A stretch of DNA of 64,000 nucleotides from assembly GCA_045047115.1 (NCBI GenBank), contig JASFYR010000019.1, forward strand, positions 17,578-81,577. The letters run 5' to 3'. The stretch is from Sulfurospirillum sp. (GTDB lineage: Bacteria > Campylobacterota > Campylobacteria > Campylobacterales > Sulfurospirillaceae). The position numbers were made by a program, and so were the translations under genes. Below the pieces are notes generated by a model, which was given only the letters and a program-made list of their open reading frames with translations, did no database searches and was not told the DNA's origin. Below, one piece after another: positions 57,365 through 64,000 of this stretch; the first letter of the stretch is position 1; each line of letters opens with the position of its first letter.

Positions 57365-60121
57365 ATGTTTAAAAAAAGTTTTTTGTTTATCACTCTGTTT
57401 TCGAGCTTGGTTTTAGCCGGAGTTTCTCAAACTCAAGTTATAAATGCTGTTAAAGCAAATCCTGCCCTTTTAAATACACCTCAGGCAAAAGCCGAGATGG
57501 CAAAAAGAGGCATAAGCAAAAGTGAAGTACTCTCCAAGATAAACAACACAACCACGGTAAATAAAAATAATACAGATGCAAATCATGCAAAAAACAAGGT
57601 TGATTTAAAAGATAATTCAAGCCAAAACAAAGTGGTTCCAAAAAAACTTTTTAATAGCAGTGCCTCCATAAATCCACTAAAATATAAAGAAAACTATACA
57701 CTCTTAAAAGAGATAAAATCAAAACAATCCATCAAAAAAAGAAAAAACCTCACTAGATATGGTTTAAACTTCTTTAGAAATAAAAACACTCTAAGCACAG
57801 ATTCCCTGCCCGTTCCTAGCTACTATGTTCTTGGTTATGGGGATGGCGTATCCATATGGGTTTATGGTACCAAAAATGAAAATTTTACTCTCAAAATTGA
57901 CAATAACGGTAATATAAATCTACCAAAATACGGACCTCTGCATGTAGTTGGGAAGCAGTTTGGAGAGATAGAAGGATATATAAAAGAGAAGCTTAAAAAC
58001 TTCTACTCAAACTCTGATGTAATTGTAAATATTTCCAGTTATTCCACTATACAGGTAAATCTTGTTGGTGATGTTGTAGCACCCGGAGTTTACAATGTAA
58101 ATGCCCTATCCACAGTCAAAAATCTTCTCATAGCCTCACATGGTGTTAAAGATACGGGCAGTCTTAGAAATATAATCATTAAAAGAGACGGTAAGATTTT
58201 GGATAGTATAGATTTTTACAGACTTCTTCAAAACGGCGATGAGTCTCTAGGGATAATTCTAAGATCAAATGACACAATCTTTGTGCCAAAAGCAAATAAA
58301 ATAGTATCAATTGACGGAGAAGTAAATAATCCTGCAAAATTTGAACTCAAATCAAGTGAAACACTGGCAAACCTTGTAAAATATGCAGGCGGAATAAAAG
58401 CAAGTGCAAGCAGATATGGTTTTATAATCAACAGATACCTGCAAAATAAAAAGATGAAAACCATAGAGGTGGACTACAATAAGATAAGAAACTTCAGATT
58501 GTTAAATAATGATAGAGTTTATGTCTACAAAATAGATAAAATTCATAAAGAGAGTGTTTATCTCTATGGCAATGTAGTAAGACCTGGAGAAAAAGAGCTT
58601 GCAAAAAGTAGAAGTCTAAGAGATCTGTTTAAGGATGAAATTTCAAAAGTAGGCTTAAAGGGAGTATTTTTGGGCGATACCCTCTTCTCTTATGCACTCA
58701 TAAAAAGCAAAACAAAAAATTTAGACACAGAGATAAAAAGCTTCAATTTATCAAATATCTTAAATGGTAAAAAAGACATAAAACTAAACAATGATGATGA
58801 GATATATATATTTAACAAATACAACAGCAGTATAACTCCGTATATAACCGTTCACGGAATTCCCATTGTAAATCAAGGAAAATATAGATACTTTAACGGT
58901 ATAAAGATTTCAGATATTTTAGCGCAGGCCGGAACTATTTCATACTTTAAAGACTATAGTAAGATAAAAGTTACTACTTATAACACTAAAAACTATATGC
59001 CAAAGATATCTATTTTAACAGGCAAAGAGGCAGAAAATTTTAAATTATCCCCTTTTGATGATATAGAAGTTTATGATTACTATGCCCAACATCATATAAA
59101 AACCATAAAAATATCCGGAGAGGTTAACTTTCCTAAAAAATACAGCTTAAATGACCATACAACACTTAAAGATGCCATAAAGATAGCCGGAGGTTTTACT
59201 CCTAAAGCGTATAAGAGTTATTTTGAGGTACTAAGATACTACATAAAAGATAATAAAAGAGAAAAAAAACTCATAAATGTACCATACGACAAACTTGGAA
59301 CATTTGAGCTGAAAGACTATGATGAGATAACAGTGCATATCATACCAAATTGGAGAGACAGAGAGACTGTAACCGTAAAGGGCGAAGTGAACTTTCCTGG
59401 TACATATGTTATAGAATCAGGTGACAAACTCTCAGATATCATCAAAAGAGCCGGTGGTTACACAGATAAAGCATTTTTAGAAGGTGCAATTTTTACAAGA
59501 GAGTCTATAAAGAAACTCCAAAGACAAAGACTTAAACAGTCAATTGTGGAGTTAAAACAAAAAGCCATATCGCTTAGTGTAGCTCCAAATGAGGTGGGTC
59601 AAGGAAAAACAAAAGTCAACTTTATAGAACTTACAAATGCGATAGACAAGATATCTGCTGAAGCACAAAGCTTGCAGCCTATAGGAAGAATTTCCATAGC
59701 TTTAAACGAAGATATGGATAAATTTGCAAAGAGCAGATCAAATATAGTCTTAAAAGACAAAGATACCCTCACTATACCGTCTAAAAACGATACTATACTT
59801 GTAGTTGGAGAAGTTATGAGTCCAACTGCTATAGTGTATGAGAGTAATGATGTAAACTACTATATAAACAAGGCAGGTGGCTTGTCATCCGGGGCAGAGA
59901 AAAGTGGTATATATGTAGTGCATGCAAATGGAAGTGCTGAGAGATTGAGCACAGGTTGGTTTAGCGATAAAACTACTCATATAGTAAAAAGAGGTGATAC
60001 TATAATAGTCCCAAAAGAACTTGTAACTCTTACAGGGCTTCAAATCACAAAAGATATATCTTCTATATTTTATCAGTTTTCTTTGACAGCCGTGGCTATG
60101 CATGCAGTAGGAGCACTATGA
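57365..60121 (+). CDS. large polysaccharide export protein (Wza/KpsD-like with multiple SLBB-type repeats)
   Basis: The ATG at 57365 follows AAGAAGG. 918 aa. Signal peptide MFKKSFLFITLFSSLVLAG. The PES-like YVLGYGDGVSIWVYG motif is followed by repeated modules (V.V.GEVNFPG.Y.., L.D.I..AGG.T..A). Confidence 0.75.
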   Translation: MFKKSFLFITLFSSLVLAGVSQTQVINAVKANPALLNTPQAKAEMAKRGISKSEVLSKINNTTTVNKNNTDANHAKNKVDLKDNSSQNKVVPKKLFNSSASINPLKYKENYTLLKEIKSKQSIKKRKNLTRYGLNFFRNKNTLSTDSLPVPSYYVLGYGDGVSIWVYGTKNENFTLKIDNNGNINLPKYGPLHVVGKQFGEIEGYIKEKLKNFYSNSDVIVNISSYSTIQVNLVGDVVAPGVYNVNALSTVKNLLIASHGVKDTGSLRNIIIKRDGKILDSIDFYRLLQNGDESLGIILRSNDTIFVPKANKIVSIDGEVNNPAKFELKSSETLANLVKYAGGIKASASRYGFIINRYLQNKKMKTIEVDYNKIRNFRLLNNDRVYVYKIDKIHKESVYLYGNVVRPGEKELAKSRSLRDLFKDEISKVGLKGVFLGDTLFSYALIKSKTKNLDTEIKSFNLSNILNGKKDIKLNNDDEIYIFNKYNSSITPYITVHGIPIVNQGKYRYFNGIKISDILAQAGTISYFKDYSKIKVTTYNTKNYMPKISILTGKEAENFKLSPFDDIEVYDYYAQHHIKTIKISGEVNFPKKYSLNDHTTLKDAIKIAGGFTPKAYKSYFEVLRYYIKDNKREKKLINVPYDKLGTFELKDYDEITVHIIPNWRDRETVTVKGEVNFPGTYVIESGDKLSDIIKRAGGYTDKAFLEGAIFTRESIKKLQRQRLKQSIVELKQKAISLSVAPNEVGQGKTKVNFIELTNAIDKISAEAQSLQPIGRISIALNEDMDKFAKSRSNIVLKDKDTLTIPSKNDTILVVGEVMSPTAIVYESNDVNYYINKAGGLSSGAEKSGIYVVHANGSAERLSTGWFSDKTTHIVKRGDTIIVPKELVTLTGLQITKDISSIFYQFSLTAVAMHAVGAL

Positions 60122-60122
60122 T

Positions 60123-61055
60123 ATGCAAAATACCAATCAAAATACTAACTGTATAGAAGAAGACGAGATAGATTTAAGAGAGCTTTTTGCAACTATTTGG
60201 GGCAATAAATTTAAAATTATAATTTTTACATTTGTCATTACATCTTTGACTTTGATATATGTTTTGCGTTTGCCAAACAGCTATAGATCTTCAGTGGTCC
60301 TGGCACCACAAGAACAGAGCAAAGGTGCAAGTCTTGGAGGTCTTTCTGCGCTTGCAGGTATGGCGGGAATCAATCTGGGCGGAAGTAGTATGGATGCTTA
60401 TAACTCCATGAAAACCATCTTGGATAATGATGCCTTTGAAGAGATGATTATCAAAAAATACAACTTGGATAAAAAACTAACTCCGGAGTATATGGATAAA
60501 AATCTAGTATTTGCTTTTGGTTATAGGGGTATATATGATTTATTTAAATCAAAAGCTAAAAAAGATAAAAGTAAAGATGAGATCATCTACAATACTATAA
60601 AGAGGTTAAAAAAAATAGTTTCCCTAAGCAGTGATAAAAAAAGTGGAGCTATAACATTGAGTGTTGAATTGCAAGATAGATTTTTAGCTGAAAAATTACT
60701 AGAGATATATCTCAATGAAACTACAAATTATTTGCGAAAACTTGATATGCAAGATATCAGTAAAAAACTCAAATACTATAAAAATGAACTCTCAAACATA
60801 AGTGATATAGAACTTAAAACTCAAATCAGCCAGCTTATATCATCTTTGATACAAAAAAAGGTGCTATCTTCTGCCAGTGAGTACTACAATGTAAGATTGA
60901 TGACTAAGCCATATGTGCCTTTTATCAAAGATAAATCAAAGCCAAAAAGAGCGCTCATACTCATAGTGGCATTTATAACTTCTATCATTTTGGCAATTTT
61001 TGGAGTCTTTTTTATCGAATTTTTAAGAAACGAAAAAGAAGAGACAAAAGGCTAG
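60123..61055 (+). CDS. Wzz-type polysaccharide chain-length determinant protein
   Basis: 310 aa. N-terminal EIDLRELF..TM, a periplasmic coiled region and a C-terminal TM, which is the Wzz/PCP topology. Confidence 0.75.
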   Translation: MQNTNQNTNCIEEDEIDLRELFATIWGNKFKIIIFTFVITSLTLIYVLRLPNSYRSSVVLAPQEQSKGASLGGLSALAGMAGINLGGSSMDAYNSMKTILDNDAFEEMIIKKYNLDKKLTPEYMDKNLVFAFGYRGIYDLFKSKAKKDKSKDEIIYNTIKRLKKIVSLSSDKKSGAITLSVELQDRFLAEKLLEIYLNETTNYLRKLDMQDISKKLKYYKNELSNISDIELKTQISQLISSLIQKKVLSSASEYYNVRLMTKPYVPFIKDKSKPKRALILIVAFITSIILAIFGVFFIEFLRNEKEETKG

Positions 61056-61068
61056 TTCATAAATTAGC

Positions 61069-62568
61069 CTAATTTATAGTTCTAAACTTATAAGAAAAGC
61101 CTACATCTACAGCCATAGTATCTAGATTTCCATCTATGGCTTTTACCTTTCCAAATGATGTCTGAACTCCAAAGCTGTTGTTTATCTTGTACTCTGCTCC
61201 TATCATGGGTTGATATATCATACCGTTTCCTGTAGCGACACTTCCGCCACCTGCAACGCCGATTGACATCTGTGCAAATAGATTTATCTTCTCTCCCACA
61301 GGTATTCTTCTCCCCAAACCTACTAGCCCGACTGCATAGCCTCCAGAGTGTCCGCTATACGCACCTAAAGCCTGTCCGCTTATATAGAAGTTTTTATCAA
61401 GGTATTTGTCGATTTTAAATCCTATTAAACTTAATGCTGAGGCATCCGAGTTCTTTCTTATACTTTTATCGCCTAGGTAGTATTGGTTTGAGATTTCAAA
61501 GTTCCATTCATAATCTCCAAAACTTTGATAGCTCCTTAAGGGTTGTAAATTTTTGCCGATTGAGAGTGATTTGAGTCTGTAGTTAAAATCAAACTTGAGC
61601 AAAGTGGCTTTGAAATTTCCGTCAAATGCGCCTATATGACCAACCTCAAAACCAAGTGAAAATTTGTTGTTCAATTTTGCATACAATCCGAGAGCTTCTT
61701 TGTGTATGACGCCTCCACCTGTATCAACCTTTCCTCCACCTGCGGCACCCAAAGAAGCCTTTGCATAAACACCAAAATGTCGGGTAAACGCTTTTTTGTA
61801 TCCTATGCCCCCCGATACTTCAGCATATCCATCAGTACCGCCTCCTGCTGCTCCTGCTGCTTCACCAAATAAAAACAGATTTTTATCCAGCTCATAACCA
61901 TACTCAAATCCTACCAGACTCATATCTTTTTTCATTGAGTTTCCAGATGTGTTTTTAACACCGCCTGGTATCATATACCTTTGCAAAGTCACAGCAAAAT
62001 AGCTATCACTCCAGCCCATGTCAGTATGAGTTGATTTCATAAAATCTGATATATCATCTAATATCATAGGAGAGTTTGTATTCTTTTTATGAACAGCTTC
62101 AAAAGGTATGGATAGTTGTAAAAAAACCTGATTGCTGTCTATATTTCCGTTTGGAAATTTAACCTTGCTAAATCCAAGCCCTACTTTGTAGCCAGAGATG
62201 GTATATAACAGCGCTATGTGAGGTCTGAGCATAAGCCCGCCACCCTGAGGTGCTGATCCGCCTCCGCCTCCGCCTGCAAATACTCCGGCATCAAGAGAAA
62301 AATTGCGACCTAAAGTGTATTTGTATCCAGCTTCCAATCCTCCGGTGAAAAATCCGCCCCTTTGCCCCGATACTGCACTATACACTCCAAGACCAAGGTA
62401 TGCGTGATCAAAATCATACAGATAGCCAGTACCTAATAATCCCAATTTTTCATTTCCGGGCAGAATTAAACTGTCATAAGTTATACTATAGTGCCCTTTT
62501 TGTATAAAAAGATCACTGGACAAAAGTGACAGAGCGGTAGCAAAAGTAAAAATAAGAATTTTTTTCAT
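61069..62568 (-). CDS. predicted outer-membrane beta-barrel protein with recurrent Gly-rich loops
   Basis: 499 aa with a signal peptide and alternating beta-strand pattern. There are four A/G-G-G-G loop motifs (FAGGGGGGSAPQGGG, GAAGGGTDGY, GAAGGGKVDTGGG, GVAGGGSVATGNG) and an aromatic-rich C-terminal strand FSYKF. Confidence 0.55.
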   Translation of the reverse strand: MKKILIFTFATALSLLSSDLFIQKGHYSITYDSLILPGNEKLGLLGTGYLYDFDHAYLGLGVYSAVSGQRGGFFTGGLEAGYKYTLGRNFSLDAGVFAGGGGGGSAPQGGGLMLRPHIALLYTISGYKVGLGFSKVKFPNGNIDSNQVFLQLSIPFEAVHKKNTNSPMILDDISDFMKSTHTDMGWSDSYFAVTLQRYMIPGGVKNTSGNSMKKDMSLVGFEYGYELDKNLFLFGEAAGAAGGGTDGYAEVSGGIGYKKAFTRHFGVYAKASLGAAGGGKVDTGGGVIHKEALGLYAKLNNKFSLGFEVGHIGAFDGNFKATLLKFDFNYRLKSLSIGKNLQPLRSYQSFGDYEWNFEISNQYYLGDKSIRKNSDASALSLIGFKIDKYLDKNFYISGQALGAYSGHSGGYAVGLVGLGRRIPVGEKINLFAQMSIGVAGGGSVATGNGMIYQPMIGAEYKINNSFGVQTSFGKVKAIDGNLDTMAVDVGFSYKFRTIN

Positions 62569-62655
62569 ATCAAGCCTAGATTTTAAATATTTTCAATTAA
62601 AGACACTCATTATAACGAGAATAAAATGAGATGTGCATTAAAAATCAAAAGTTGC

Positions 62656-62684
62656 TTGACATATTAATTTATATATGATAATAT
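62656..62684 (+). promoter_or_regulatory. promoter of the metal-resistance operon
   Basis: -35 TTGACA (62656-62661), a 17-nt spacer and an extended -10 TGATAATAT (62676-62684). Confidence 0.55.
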
Positions 62685-62686
62685 TC

Positions 62687-62710
62687 TCATATGAACAAAA
62701 CTTCATATGA
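62687..62710. promoter_or_regulatory. candidate ArsR/SmtB operator
   Basis: TCATATGAA-CAAAAC-TTCATATGA, a perfect 9-bp inverted repeat with a TGAA...TTCA core. It lies immediately after the -10 box and 13 nt before the first ATG. Confidence 0.55.
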
Positions 62711-62722
62711 AAAGGATTTGAA

Positions 62723-62929
62723 ATGAAAAAAATATTTAAAGCAAAAAACATAAGTTGCATCAACTGTGCCAATCTCATAAAAAACTCTTTGGAGGATGAT
62801 TTTGGTAAGATTGAAGTTAATCTTGATACTACTCCCAAAGAGGTAACTTTGGAGATTCCAAATGAAGAAGTTGAGGCAAAATTTAAAGCCGAAATGGAAG
62901 AGTTGGGATATGCTGTGATAGAAGATTGA
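62723..62929 (+). CDS. heavy-metal-associated (HMA) domain metallochaperone-like protein
   Basis: 68 aa. CINC (CxxC) near the N-terminus in a ferredoxin-like pattern. First gene of the operon. Confidence 0.7.
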   Translation: MKKIFKAKNISCINCANLIKNSLEDDFGKIEVNLDTTPKEVTLEIPNEEVEAKFKAEMEELGYAVIED

Positions 62930-62930
62930 T

Positions 62931-63302
62931 ATGAAAGATTCAAAAAAACTCATAAGATCCTGCTGTGAAGGAATCAGCTATATAAGTGATATAGACAGAA
63001 TTTTGCCGAGTGATGATGAAATCATAAAACTTACCTATATCTTTAAAGCACTCAGTGACCCAATGCGAGCAAAGATGCTCTTTGCTCTGCTTGATTATGA
63101 GATATGTGTAGGAGAGATGTCAAATCTACTTGGTGTCTCTCAGTCTCATGTCTCTCATCAGTTCAAGATTTTGCGTAGGTATGAGATAGTGACATTTACC
63201 AAAGACAAAAAGATGTCCTTTTACAGAATTATAAATGAAGAGGTCAAAGACTTGCTTCATACAGCACTAAAAAGTATAAAACCATGTCAAAAGAGAAAAT
63301 AA
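62931..63302 (+). CDS. ArsR/SmtB family metalloregulator
   Basis: 123 aa. ALSDPMRAKMLFALLDYEICVGEMSNLLGVSQSHVSHQFKILR is the classic ArsR wHTH. Confidence 0.85.
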   Translation: MKDSKKLIRSCCEGISYISDIDRILPSDDEIIKLTYIFKALSDPMRAKMLFALLDYEICVGEMSNLLGVSQSHVSHQFKILRRYEIVTFTKDKKMSFYRIINEEVKDLLHTALKSIKPCQKRK

Positions 63303-64000
63303 ACTTAAATATTTCCGGTATGACTTGTGTAAACTGCTCAAATGGCATACAAAAAGTTGTAAATAAACTAGATGGGCTTGAGAGTTCAAAGGTGAACTTT
63401 GCCTCAAACAGTGGTGAATTTATGATTGACTCCGATAAGCTCGATAAAGATAAACTGATAAAAAAAATCAAATCCCTTGGCTATGGAGTGGAGGAAGATA
63501 TAAAAGCACTCGAACTTGCAAAGAAAAAAGCATACACTAAACTAAGAAGACTTTTTATAGTCTCTTTGGTTTTGAGTATCTCTATATTTTTCTTTATGTT
63601 TTTTCCTGTGCCGAATATAAATCTTTATATTATATTTACACTAGGCAGCATAGTTCAGTTTTACCCAGGAGGTAGATTTTATTCGCTTGCATTTAAAGCA
63701 GTTAGACATAAAAATTTTGATATGAATGTTTTGGTAGCACTAGGAACAAGTGCAGCATATTTTTACTCTGCCTTTGTTGTGCTCTTCCCTTCCCTCTTCC
63801 CTCCTCATTTGAGATTTGTATATTTTGATGGTGCAAGTGTCATAATCACATTTATCATTTTAGGGCGTCTTTTGGAAGAGAGAAGCAAGGCAAAAGCTAC
63901 CGATTTTCTAAAAAACCTGATGAACCTAGCTCCTCTAAATGCTCAAAAGATAGAGCCAAACGGTGAGATAGTCCAGATTTTGGCAAAAGAGCTGGATATA
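63284..64000 (+). CDS. heavy-metal translocating P1B-type ATPase, 3'-truncated by window edge
   Basis: Not in the ORF track because there is no stop in the window. The frame from the ATG at 63284 is open for 239 codons: N-terminal HMA domain (GMTCVNCSNGIQKV), then TM helices with MNVLVALGTSAAYFYS and ILLGRLLEERSKAKA. 19-nt overlap with the arsR 3' end. Confidence 0.85.
   Translation, partial: MSKEKINLNISGMTCVNCSNGIQKVVNKLDGLESSKVNFASNSGEFMIDSDKLDKDKLIKKIKSLGYGVEEDIKALELAKKKAYTKLRRLFIVSLVLSISIFFFMFFPVPNINLYIIFTLGSIVQFYPGGRFYSLAFKAVRHKNFDMNVLVALGTSAAYFYSAFVVLFPSLFPPHLRFVYFDGASVIITFIILGRLLEERSKAKATDFLKNLMNLAPLNAQKIEPNGEIVQILAKELDI

Overview
AT-rich chromosomal segment that looks like a member of the Campylobacterota (Epsilonproteobacteria). 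This is based on gene content and on gene orders I recall from Helicobacter and Campylobacter: rppH-lysC-hobA-holB-folP, Rrf2-flhA next to rpsO, hrcA-grpE-dnaK, and lptB-rpoN. All calls rest on the supplied ORF track, motif recognition and reading the DNA by eye. No database search was run.

About 65 protein-coding genes are supportable. I found no rRNA, tRNA or CRISPR array. Most of the window is housekeeping:
- DNA and RNA metabolism: dprA, ruvX, queA, ligA, tlyA, cmoA, tsaE
- Tat export
- Heme: hemH, hemW
- lysC, folP, ribF, argG, trpD
- Chaperones and proteases: hrcA-grpE-dnaK, hslVU
- era, rplI, rpsO, lptB, rpoN, and the flagellar genes flhA and flgH

Five less ordinary blocks stand out:
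1. A roughly 9.3 kb, ten-gene type IV pilus / type II secretion-like machine at 28024-37297. It resembles the Campylobacter Cts competence system but has a fuller pilMNOPQ-like layout and several components I cannot assign.
2. A tyrosine-recombinase islet at 50324-52640. A dif-like inverted-repeat site sits next to the recombinase gene, and 19-bp direct repeats bracket a two-gene module with a RelE/ParE-like product.
3. A tungsten-type aldehyde:ferredoxin oxidoreductase with two beta-grasp (MoaD-like) genes.
4. A polysaccharide export locus: wecA-like, a 918-aa Wza-like protein, Wzz, and a glycine-loop outer-membrane barrel.
5. A metal-resistance operon (HMA protein, ArsR, P-type ATPase) that runs off the right edge.

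Non-coding signals worth attention:
- A perfect 54-nt direct repeat, each copy with a hairpin, between grpE and dnaK.
- Three long perfect palindromes in divergent intergenic regions.
- A textbook sigma-54 promoter upstream of flgH.
- HAIR-like and CIRCE-like elements at the hrcA promoter.
- An argG gene with no canonical start codon upstream of its ATP-binding motif.

I see no recognisable phage-defence system. The strongest candidates for something new are the pilus-like cluster's unassigned genes and the recombinase islet.
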